Source: Eledone cirrhosa (lineage: Eukaryota). Taken from it: 64,000 nucleotides of DNA. Below, piece by piece: positions 33,022 to 44,988 of the stretch. The stretch is taken from assembly GCA_964016885.1 (NCBI GenBank), contig OZ024742.1:123132001-123196000 (forward strand), written 5' to 3'. The notes beneath the pieces were generated by a model. That model did not search any database, had not been told where the DNA came from, and saw only the letters and a list, made by a program, of their open reading frames with translations. Positions within the stretch are counted from its first letter, which is position 1; each line of letters begins with the position of its first letter. The translations under genes were made by a program, and so were the position numbers.

Positions 33022-34809
33022 TTACCTCTCTGCGTCCCGGGCATCGGGCTGCACAATTTCCATTAGGGTGGGGGATGGGTTGTTGGGTGGGGTGGTAGTT
33101 TGTGGAAGTGTGGGGGCATCAGTGTGTTGTGTGGTTGGGGAGCTTGAAGTTGTGAGGGTGTTTGGGGAGGGGGTGGGATAGTTTTTTAGGAGGACGCGGT
33201 TAATGGGCCCGACGCAGGGGGGACCCACGTCCACTTTAAAATTGTTTTTTAAAGTTTTATAGGTGTCCTGTGGGGCCTTAATCATTTTGAGGTGGGGGAA
33301 ATCCCCTGCCTGGGTGAAGTTAGGCCCTTGTGTTTTTATTAGATTGTTGTTGTACACAATGTTTAACAGTTTTTTGTTTCTTGTATTTATGTATGTGTAT
33401 GCATGTTTTTGTTTTTGTGTGGTGTTTTTTGTTTGCTGTTGTGAGCTCTTTTGTGTTGGTGTCAGTGTTATGTTTTGGGGAGGGGTTTTTTTCATTTGTG
33501 TGTCTGAGGTGTGTTTTCTTTTTTTTCTTTTGATTGTGTGGAAGTGCTCCTCCTCGTCTGACGACGAACTAGGGTCATCTTCCGCGTTGGAGGGGAGGGG
33601 TATATTTTCGGGTTGTGTTTGCGGTACGGGTGTTTTGGAAATTGTTTTTGTTTTTTGAGTGGAGGGGATGGGTTGGACATTGTTTTGTTTTGGTTTGAGC
33701 TGTGGTGGTTGTTTTTGTAGTGGTAGTTGTGGTGATTGTGTTGGTTGTGCAGTTGTTGGTGGTGTAGGCAGGATTGGGGTTTTCTTATTAAGTTGGGGAC
33801 AGACAGCCCTCAGGTGACCTCTGGTTCCGCAGAGGTAACACGAGGGCCGTCTACCCTCAACGGTAATGTTGATGAAGGTTAGATCATCCAGTATGACGCG
33901 TTCAGGGATCTGGGCGATCCTTTCGGCCCTCATTTGAACTACAAGTTCGAGGCTCGTTCCACTGAACGCGTCACCCGATGCCTTTCCCATGGACACCAGC
34001 ATGTCATCCTCAAGGTCCAGAAAACCTGTCAAAACCCACCATATGTCCATAATCGGCAGGATGGTGTGGATTTTTATTTTTTGTGTTCTTCTACCCATGT
34101 ACGTAGGGTAGAAGGTGTATGCGGTGGATGTGATTGGTTTGATTGACAGTTTCACTGCTGTGTCCCTGTCCTTCATGAGAATGGATAGACTCCCGTAGAG
34201 TCTATCCTTCTGAATGAAGGTGATGTCCTTCATGACGTCTTTTAAAACCAGCTCTATCTCGCTCTGTGATGGTTGAGCTGGTTTTTTACTTTTGTTCGAG
34301 ATTGTCCTAAACATGACCGTGTTTAGGAGTCTCTGGCTTTTTAGTTCCGGGGGGGAATGGATTGTGAATGAACCATTTTCCCCGTACACTATATATTTTT
34401 TCGCATCCGCCAGTAGCTCCTTCGCTTTTGTTATATCTACTGGCAGATAGTCGAGGGTTTTCCTTGTCGTCTCGGCGAAGGAGAAATTTTGTTTGTTTGT
34501 GTTGTTGTTGTCGTTGGTGGTGTTGTTGTTATCATTGTTGTTGTTGTCACCGTTATTGGTCTTGTTGTTGTTATTGTTATTGTTATTGGTGTTGTTTTCG
34601 TCCGTCGCATTGTTGTTGTTGTTGCTGTTGCTGCTGGTTCTTTGGGTTGTTGCCATAGCAACGTCAAGTTGTCGGTTAACAGGTGGAGAGAATTCTTCCT
34701 CTGGCTGACCTATCTTCTTGACCTCTGCTACTGTGACAGTGGCAGGGGGAAGCTGTAAGTTCATCTTCCCCTTTCCTCCTTCGAATTTTGGTGAAGAAGC
34801 TTCGGCCAT
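33022..34809 (-). CDS. Copy D ORF1 (595 aa, CCHC knuckle)
   Basis: VEGRRPSCYLCGTRGHLRAVC. Confidence 0.93.
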   Translation of the reverse strand: MAEASSPKFEGGKGKMNLQLPPATVTVAEVKKIGQPEEEFSPPVNRQLDVAMATTQRTSSNSNNNNNATDENNTNNNNNNNNKTNNGDNNNNDNNNTTNDNNNTNKQNFSFAETTRKTLDYLPVDITKAKELLADAKKYIVYGENGSFTIHSPPELKSQRLLNTVMFRTISNKSKKPAQPSQSEIELVLKDVMKDITFIQKDRLYGSLSILMKDRDTAVKLSIKPITSTAYTFYPTYMGRRTQKIKIHTILPIMDIWWVLTGFLDLEDDMLVSMGKASGDAFSGTSLELVVQMRAERIAQIPERVILDDLTFINITVEGRRPSCYLCGTRGHLRAVCPQLNKKTPILPTPPTTAQPTQSPQLPLQKQPPQLKPKQNNVQPIPSTQKTKTISKTPVPQTQPENIPLPSNAEDDPSSSSDEEEHFHTIKRKKRKHTSDTQMKKTPPQNITLTPTQKSSQQQTKNTTQKQKHAYTYINTRNKKLLNIVYNNNLIKTQGPNFTQAGDFPHLKMIKAPQDTYKTLKNNFKVDVGPPCVGPINRVLLKNYPTPSPNTLTTSSSPTTQHTDAPTLPQTTTPPNNPSPTLMEIVQPDARDAER

Positions 34810-35024
34810 TTAAAAAAATATTGACTTTTCAACAAGAAAATTTTTTTTTTTTTTTTTAACTATTTCGCCTAAAGGCGTAGAATATTTTGAGAGACTGACC
34901 AGATCAAAGTTTGACCTGGCAGTCCCTCTACAAAATGGTACAAAAATTAAAGTTATCAGACAAGAATTTCTATAGAAATTTAAACAGAACTTACTCAGCA
35001 AGTTATACGCGTGTGTCCATCCCA

Positions 35025-35025
35025 G

Positions 35026-35101
<76 letters not shown>
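35025..35101. repeat. (GATA)n tract at the 5' flank of copy D
   Basis: Direct reading. Confidence 0.95.
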
Positions 35102-35102
<1 letters not shown>

Positions 35103-35566
35103 TACGTTTCGGACGGACAAATGAGAGTTAAAACAAGAAACAGAAAAATAGACTGGAGTCGGAATAAAAAGAAAAGGAAAAAAGTGTTTGGCGAGAGAAA
35201 GAACGTGTGAGTTTAGTAGGGAATTCCACCCAGCGAAAATGTTTCCTATCTTCCTCTTCTTACTCTCATCTATTACTTTTCTTCTTCTTGTATCTTACAT
35301 TTTATTTTCTGATAAAGGATTAACGTCCAAAACACCAAGATTCTTTTCCTACTACACCAAGCGTTGAAATAATATATAGCTTAATTGAACTGTATCGTTT
35401 CCTTGACTTATTTCATTGTTTACATTCTGCATTTATGTATATACCAATGCGTACATTATCACCATATATTCATTGGATTCCCACACTGGGGCAGGATTAT
35501 CCCCCTGTCTGCTTGCACTGTGGCACTACTACCTGGATATGTCTCTGGATTATAGGATTTGTCTCA

Positions 35567-36050
<484 letters not shown>

Positions 36051-36104
36051 TAATGGTGCTGCCCCAGCATAGCCTCAGCCTGTCGGCTGTAACACGGACT
36101 GGAG

Positions 36105-36138
<34 letters not shown>

Positions 36139-36257
36139 TATATATCTGTATGTGTGTGTTGGTGTGTTTATGTGCTAAACGCAAAGAGAAATATCAAAGC
36201 AAACAACACAGTACAATAAAAAAAATATTAGTTTAACGCTTGATATATTAGGAAAAA

Positions 36258-36296
36258 TATCTTAACATTTCGGACACCAGTCCTTCATCAAGAAAT
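36258..36296 (-). ncRNA. Degenerate copy of the minimal hammerhead
   Basis: TTGATGA-A-GGAC-TGGT-GTCC-GAAA-TGTTAAGA. Same helix II as 12160-12200 with a different loop, and the first core C is lost. Confidence 0.45.
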
Positions 36297-36604
36297 AGAA
36301 TGAGAAACAAACGAAAAAACAATTTTATATAGAAAAAAAAACAAAAAAAAATCACGTGTGCATGCAATCAGCCATTTGGGGTATATATGTATATTTATAT
36401 GTATACATATGAGTGGGTGTGTGGAAGCGCGTGTGTGTGTATGAGGAGTTTGTTGAACATGGATGAGGAACTACACACACCAGAATAGTACTAGATGTAT
36501 GTTTAGGTAAGTGCAGGTATAGTGAACAGTTCGAAGTCAGAAGAATGTGTGTGGGACCTCCATTGAATTCAACTAATTATGATATATATATAATTATATA
36601 TATA

Positions 36605-39120
36605 CTAGCAGAAGTACCCGGCGTTGCCCGGGTGTAAGTCGACCTTTGGTCTGTTAGAATGTGTGAAAGTTACTTCCCGCGCATCACATGTTCAAAACTT
36701 CGAACTTCAATGGAAGAAAATAGGTTAGTAGACGCAGGTGTGTAATTTATTAATTGTAGTTACACAGTGTATCGTTGAAATTGTTCTCTGCACGACTGAC
36801 GGAAGTCAAAATCGCTTGATATTGAATGTTCAGTTAATTTAAAGCAGGGTGAAAATGTCGATTACTTTCGGGTTTTTTTTTTTTTACAATTTTTGCGCTC
36901 ACATGTGCAGAAGAAGAATTAAAAGGGCCTTTATCTTAACCGCGGCATAATGGCGAGTCTTTTGTGACAGTTTTCAAGAATATAGGATGTTCCTGTAAAA
37001 AGTTTTCCCATGTGTAACTTTGCCTTGTTTTTTTGCACAAAGTCGAGCCCCGCTTCAATTTTATTGATTTTTTCCAACAATGCGTCATCTCTGAAGTAGA
37101 TTTGAGTAGCTAAAAACCTGTCCCGGTAAATTTGCTATAGGTGAAAAAAAGTTGATCAAAATTGTATCTAGGGTTATGGCCCTTTGCCACAGCCTCAAGC
37201 CTCGTCTGACGGGATGTTGGTGATTCCTCCGTCAGCGCTTGTTGGCGGCGAAGGCGAACATCAGCAAGCCTTGTCGTACGTGATGTTGGTGACTCAACCA
37301 GCCGGGAAAGACGTCTATCAGCGAGTCGAGATTTGCGCTCAGCAGGTGTTTCCTAAAGAAAATTAATTAATTCTACTGGTTAGCTAAGCCAATGGCAGTG
37401 TTAATAGTAAATGAGAAAAGTCTAACATGAACAAAAGGGAATCAAGGTAAGCCAATAAATTTAATATAACTACGATTAGAATGTTGTAGTTGCTTAAACG
37501 TGGTGACAGTTAGGACAAACGCAGTACTTGCTAACATTAAGGGAGAATATTGCATAAAGGATTAATCAATTGTGAATGAACTCATACCTGAGAACGCCTA
37601 ATTCGTTGTCTCAAAGCAATAGCTGTACCTTTTTTGGAGGTAAGTCTTGAACGTTTCCGTGTGGGCATAACGACGTGTAACGAGGCTGTTAGGTTAGAGA
37701 GAGGTGATTAAATACAGAGAGATGACACCAGATTCGTTAGCATGGTTACTGGTGAATGGGAAGGTTTGGAAATATGATTACAATAACTTACCGAATTTTC
37801 CCGTCTATAAATTGCACTTAAAATAATTAAATTTAATCAAAAAAACAGCTCTGCGCTTTATACGCCTGTGAGCCTTATGTATAAATAATACAATGGTAAT
37901 CAATCACAGCTCTAACAGAAGTAATAGATCTAGACCAAAAGTAAAGAAGATAGCATTTTCTGGTTGGCCTTTCACGCCGTTGCGCGGACCTGATTTTAAA
38001 TGATACGCCTTATATCCTGGTGAGCCTTATAGAGCTGAAAATATCTATTGGAAAAGAATACGAATTCATGACCAAGGATTGACAAAATAGGCGTCTATAC
38101 AGCGCCTGAAACAAACTTGTCCAAAACCCTAGGATTTTTCTCGTTAAGTATCCACCCAAAAGGAACCGTTTTTTAGTTACAAAAAATAACCAAAGTGTAT
38201 AGTAGCTATATTTCTGACATATCATGCCAAAAAGAACAATATATTCAAAAAATGTTCTAAAGTACATTCAATCTCTCTTTTTGACCGATATCTTAATAAG
38301 CAAGTTATCGATTTTTTATTGGCTGTCAGTGTCTATCTGCATGCAAGTGTGCACGTGTGCGCAATTAATTGCAAATACGCTCATAACATTTAGTCGTAAG
38401 CAGAACAAAACATGGCATTAGAGGTGGGCTAATAATGAAGACACAAACCCTGGTGAACTTACGTTTAAACACCCGAAAAGTTACTCACTTCCTGTGCAAA
38501 AGACTGTATTATAAATTAAGTAATTTTTTAGAATCTTTTGTTTAAAAAAGGAAAACATTGGTACGACGTAAATTTTTTTACTTGTATTGTATGTGTACAA
38601 CACAACTTGGTCAACGTATTATTTAGTAATTTTTTTTTCAAAAAGCCTGATTATTTAAGACTGTTTGAAAATTTACTCACAGCTTTTAGCTTCACAAAAG
38701 ACACCATTAAATTTGGTTCCCTTTTCTGATAGGGATAATACTGTATTTCCACTTGAATAAGGTGGAATATGAAAAGAAACTCTTTAATGGTCGGTCGTTT
38801 ACTGAGATAGCTGGGAAGACATACAGCTGGCCGTCCAATCAATAACGCACGTCCTTATATGGGCATATGAAATTTATTTTTATTGCGCCAGATGTAAACT
38901 AAGAGTTCTTGTGTTCGAATTCACATAAAATTTCATTGGAATCGAAAAACATTCTGTCATAGGGCCCGATTATCGATTTTTCGAAAATTTCAAGTAGCCT
39001 ATTCCACTCTACGCGTTGAGTTTTATATATGTGTGAGGTTTCATGAAAATTGGATGAACTGTGTATCAGGCAAGTTAGGTACACTAAACAATGTCCATCT
39101 TCCCTTTATATATATATAGA
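36605..39120 (-). mobile_element. Non-autonomous Helitron (~2.5 kb)
   Basis: On the minus strand: a|TCTATATATATATAAAG 5' end, subterminal hairpin CCCGGGCAACGCCGGG and CTAG|t 3' end. Inserted between A and T with no TSD. Confidence 0.8.
37110..37668 (-). CDS. Two-exon remnant of a Helitron Rep N-terminus with STPR-like repeats (exons 37668-37588 and 37352-37110; 107 aa)
   Basis: MPTRKRSRLTSKKGTAIALRQRIRRSQ|ETPAERKSRLADRRLSRLVESPTSRTTRLAD...ESPTSRQTRLE, joined by a phase-0 CAG|GTATGA...TTTTCTTTAG|GAA intron of 235 nt. Confidence 0.65.
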
Positions 39121-39172
39121 TATTATGGAATACTGTTGGCTTCTTGCTACAATGTTTTCTATACCTTTCATT

Positions 39173-39205
<33 letters not shown>

Positions 39206-39210
39206 ATGAG

Positions 39211-39250
<40 letters not shown>

Positions 39251-39251
39251 A

Positions 39252-39331
<80 letters not shown>

Positions 39332-39345
39332 AATATGTATATATG

Positions 39346-39427
<82 letters not shown>

Positions 39428-40489
39428 CAGTATATATAAGATGGGGTGTATATACATGTGTTTGTGTGTATGTAGTGTACAATTCGATATTTGCGAGTTC
39501 CATCGAGATTCATTTCAACGCGCAACAAAAGTTTACAGCTTCGGTTTTTCAAGCCAATATGGTAAGTTCGCATTTCTTTGTTCGTATTACATTGCCTGAA
39601 GTGTGATATACCTAAACGAAGTTATATGACCTTCAACTTAATTCCTTTAAGACTGGCACATTCTTTATAACGTTTCTACAAACCACAAATATGCAACTAG
39701 TTCTTATATTTTCTTTCGGTAAGGGGTGACCAGTTCCTGTGACTATTTTTAGTGCACTCGCGAATGGGTAGAGCGAGGAAAATAGGTATTCTCGATCCGG
39801 AACATGGCCCAAGTACTTCCGACAGACTTGACCTAGGTAAAGGTATCCAAGGTCGATGTTGCGTTGCTAAATCGGCTGATGGATTAAATATGTCACACAA
39901 GATTAATTCTATCACCTAAGATTATATTTACCACTCAAGAATTAAATCTAACAAATTTTACATAACTATATTACACCACTTTATAGAATGATGCACTTAT
40001 GTTCTTAGTGTATTAATCTATATAATTGATATCTCACAATGATACTATGTGGTAACATGATGTGATTATATGATGAGTTATATGAATATAATTTTCGAAG
40101 CTTACCAATTTCAATTATTTTCTTGTATATATAATGTTAGTTTCATAGCTTTCACTGCATTAGAGGATCGATATTTCCTTCTAGGATATATAAACGACTG
40201 AAATATCGCAGATACTGATTTACCAGGTGTTGAAACATTCCTGGCTTTAGGTAAAAGAAAATACAGGAGGATCATTTAATTATGATTTTTCTCAGCATAT
40301 TCCCCTCTAAGATTCACACACGTATTGCAGCAGGCCAATCTCTCCTGTAAAGGTTTACCCTTTCACGAACCCTTAATCTGGGAAATGTTCACCACCCCGT
40401 ATAACAGGAAAATGAAAGTCAACCCTTATAACAACGTACCTAAAGCGACTAGCTAGGAAACACACAGACAAGCAAACACATGTATTTAT

Positions 40490-40521
<32 letters not shown>

Positions 40522-40534
40522 GCACACCCATATA

Positions 40535-40609
<75 letters not shown>

Positions 40610-40767
40610 ATAATAAAATTGAAGACTAAAATCCAATATATATATATACAACGACTGTGTGTGCTTGTAATATATAGAGAGAAGCATACATTCTAATAAG
40701 ATTTAACATATAAATGCTGCTCCGTGTTGCATTGATACAATAAGTGCACTGAACATTTTCAATTCTG

Positions 40768-40819
<52 letters not shown>

Positions 40820-41031
40820 TTTATTTTGTTTTGACCTGTTTAGCTTGATTTGCTTTTTGGCTTAGGTGGTTGATGCTTTCTTGACCACTATTTCAGTTTT
40901 GTATCGCATCTTAATGTATTGTTTAACACTGGTGTTTTAACTATAGAGCGCTTGCCAGCATTATTTCTGATTTTTGCGTTTCGTTTCGCCTTTTCTACCC
41001 GCCGAAATGCGATTCTCGCTAAATCTATATT

Positions 41032-41228
<197 letters not shown>

Positions 41229-41394
41229 ACAGAAATAAGGAAAACATTAGACAGAAGTTTCATTTACTGCATCAACAATAACATTCTATTGCGCATGCTT
41301 AGTTGCTCGAAGTCTCAAGAACTGCCATAAGGAGAAACTTGTAAACTCTAACTGATTGGGGCTTACTAAAGCATTTCTACAGGAATTTTCTATA

Positions 41395-41437
<43 letters not shown>

Positions 41438-42320
41438 ATGCCAGCACCCTTCAAATGGAGGGCTGGGAATGCCGTGGCTGACGATGCGCGAACACGCGCT
41501 CAGCCTGCGGCACCTCCACGTATTCATCGCCGGACAACCGGTGTGGGCCCCGTTCGTGAGGCGAGCATTCCCACGACTCGTCTCGCTGACCGAGCTGCAG
41601 TCCTGAGTCAAGCAAAGACCGAGGAAAATGGGCGACTGGCACATAGAATGGGCTCAGGCGCTCACAGCCCTCTGGCAGGCGGACCCGGCGATCAGTGGAG
41701 ACTCCACTTCGTCATTCTAGAGAGGGTTGGTCCACCAAGTGCGACGATGCGCTCGGAGAAACTCTAGCCAGACTGTTCGGTAGAACCTTCCGCCAGGGAC
41801 CGATGGAGAACTTCCAAAAGTCCCTGGCCTGGCAGTGCTACCGAGGAGCTCTACCAGTTCGAGACAAGCTCTACAGACACGGGCGCCCGGGCAGGGACCC
41901 TTCGAAAAAGATCTGTCCGAGATGCGTGCGCGACGAGGAAACCGTCGCGCACGCATTTGTACACTGCCCGGGCGTTACCGACCTGTGGGGCTATGTAGAA
42001 CGACTATTGTCGCGGATGGGACCAATCCAGTTGACCACCGAGTCCTTTGTCATGATCAAACCGCCACCCTCTTTCAAAAACGAAGGAGATGCGGTTTTCC
42101 TATGTGTTATGGCTGTGGTGAAAGAGGTTATATGGTGGACCAGGTTAAACACCTTTCTCTCCGGCGAACAACTGATTCGTTTTTTTCAAATATCATTTTG
42201 GAAGAAGAATCAGGATGGAGAGAGAGGTGCTGTAACCCAGCAAATTTTATAAAAGGTGGGTGAATGTGGCAAAGATGGCCCGAGTGGTTGGGCCTTCTCT
42301 CTATATAAGCCTGGACGTGG
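41438..42320 (+). pseudogene. Copy E ORF2 C-terminal part (inverted)
   Basis: CQHPSNGGLGMPWL...FQKSLAWQCYRGALPVRDKLYRHG...CPRCVRDEETVAH, nearly identical to C. Confidence 0.9.
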
Positions 42321-42523
42321 AAGGAAAAAGAGAAAGAGAGGAGGAGAGTACTCACTCTTGGTGATCCTGGAGATGAGGGTTGTACATCTTTTTGGGGTGT
42401 GTACAATCCCTGTGTAACGCATCCTCCCTATTGTTATTTGTTATTTGTTATTTTATTAATAGTTTTATTTTCATATACCTGTATATAAACTCCCCATTTG
42501 TATTTGTCCCCATCGTTTGTGCC

Positions 42524-44952
42524 CTTGGTGAGAGTTTTGGCTGGACAAGGCATGACGGTCAAGCGGTAGTAGATGATGGACGCTAAAAAAGTGTTCGCCA
42601 CCTCCGCTTGACCTTTCAAGGATAGTTTGCACTCAGCCCACTTCTGGATGAGTGCAAACTCTTTGGCCGTCACCTCGTTCCAGTTCTTCTCCTGGAGGTT
42701 CAGTTCATCACCTGGAGGTCGGGACCAAACGAGATCTCGAGCAGCTTCGAGCCATCGGAAGGCATCGGTTTGACTCTGCACGTTCCGAGTTGCATACCGA
42801 CGGATTTGTCCCGGCTCAGCCTCGCTCCTGTGAACCTTTCGTATTCCTTCAGTAAGGTACCAACCTCCCCGACACCATTACTGTTGCGTCCTCGGCGTAG
42901 GCCGACGCCGCTTTCCGAGTCCCGGTTCCAAAGGGATGCCCTGCAATAGCTCCAACTTCCGCAGTAGTGGCTCGAGAGTCAGTACGTACATGAGGGAGAA
43001 GAGAGAGGGCATCCCTGTCGGACGGATCGCGTGATATGGAACGGCTCCGAGAGGTAGCCGTTCACCTTGACCCTTGAGCAGATGTTGCTGCTGTGCATTG
43101 CAGCAGTCCAACCCCTGAACACGGGTCCGAAGCCTGCCGCCTCGAGCACCGTATCCAGGTAACAATGGTCAACCCTATCGAAAGCCTTAGACTGATCCAG
43201 GTTTTGATCAGGGCCCACCGAAGGCGGGTTTACACCCTACCCTCTCTATGATGTACCGCATGAGGTGGAGGTTGTCGTGTATAGACCTGGTCGGGATTGT
43301 GCATGTCTGCGCTACTCGCACCAGGTTTTCGACGACAAGCGCCAGCCTCTTTGCCAACACCTTGTCCAAAGTCTGTAACTCTGCGTTTAGCAGAGTTATG
43401 GGCCGGAAGTTGCTTATGTCATCCCCTTATTCTCGTCCTTCCTGACTAACGTGACTACGCCCTTGATCACAGAACTGGGAATTCTCCCGTTCTGCTGCCA
43501 GTTGCAGTAGACCGCTTCCAAGAGAGCGGAGAACAAGTCCGGCATTGCTACGTAAAATTCGTAGGGTAGACCGTCGAAACCTTGAGATTTGCGTTTACCG
43601 CATTGGCTCAGCGCGTCCCCTATCTCAGCGGCCGAAATCGGCCTTTCGCAGAACTTTGCCTTGCTGTCCGAGAGCCGCGACAGGCCATCGAGGTATGGAC
43701 CGAAATCCATAGCCCCTCCCGGCGCGCCGCCCTGCCCGAACAGTTGAGCAAAGTGCCGCTGATAGGCCGTGCACATCTGCTTCGGCATACGTATCACGCG
43801 TCCGTCTCGGTCCTTCAAAGACCGAATCGTGGACTTGTTGCCATATTTCGCCTCTGTCACTCGGGCCCAGCTCACACTTTGGCTCCCTCATTTCCCCCAG
43901 CACCTCTTTTGCTCCTGACAACGCAGCCTTCGTGCTTTATGTCGAATAACTGGTTCAAGTCCGTTCTCATCACTAGCACGCTAGCTACATTGCCACTCCT
44001 AATTGCCTCTTCTACTTTATCTACCAGTTCATTTTCGGTCTTATTTCTATCTAACACTAATTCTTTACTAAAACCTATCGAGTCTAATCTGACTTTCCTC
44101 TTGAGATAGTACCACCATCTGTTGTTGACAACGGTCCCCGTCAAGTGCTGTTTAACGAAAGTGCTAATTCGTCTACTGTAGGCTTTTCATGTCGGTAACG
44201 ACAAGTTAAGCTTCCATTAGCCGGCTCCCTGTCTATGGGTTCTATCAAGGTTGAATAAGCAGGTCGCTAGTTTGTGATCTGAGTAGGCAACCATGAACAT
44301 TTGTGGACAGCTTAACATGTCACAATCACTAACTCTAACTTGAAACCTATCTAGGTACGATCTAGATGTTCCGCTGTGATTGGTCCACGACCACAGTGGC
44401 ACAGTTGGAAAATCTAGTCGATATCTATCGGCCAGTTGAAATCGACCGATTAACTGTTTGAGGCTGTTACACCCCCTCTATCGGGACATGCTTCCACATA
44501 GTCCCAACGTGCATCTAGGATTCCATTACAGTTCCTCACTAACAGCAGGGAGCGGGTGTTCCCAGAAAAGTCTCTAGACCTTTGAAGGAGTCTGGCCGCG
44601 GTGTCCCGGATGGGGCATATGCAGCCACTTGCCTGAAGGCTCCACCTTCACTACAGTCAACGTCCAGAACCACCAGTCGACCCTCCGGGTCCAGATGTTC
44701 CGTCTGTGTTACGAGATCCAGGTGTTTCCTCAGCAAAACGGCAACCCCGCCTCCACCTCCCGGCTGACAGAGAGATGCGTAGATCTCAAAGTCGTCGAAG
44801 ATGGGGGCCTGTTGTCGCTCGCTTTGGATCCTGGTCTCGCAAATGGCTACTATACCCATACTGTCCGACCTGAGGTCATTTAAGAGTTTGCCCTGTTTCC
44901 AGGGCAACCCCAGGCTGTTTACATTCACACATTCAACTCGTATATTGGCCAT
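42524..44952 (-). pseudogene. Copy E ORF2 APE and RT part, frameshifted
   Basis: Fragments MANIRVECVNV..., LDQSKAFD, QGCPLS and CPAKTLTK in alternating frames. Confidence 0.92.
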
Positions 44953-44988
44953 GTTGGTGCTGAAAAGTTAAAAGAAGAGGAAAAGAAA

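Larger units (their letters stand above)
29265..35023 (-). mobile_element. L1/Tx1-clade retrotransposon, copy D (full length, both ORFs intact)
   Basis: Same layout as B. (GATA)n tail at 29265-29294 and (GATA)n 5' flank at 35025-35101. Confidence 0.96.
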
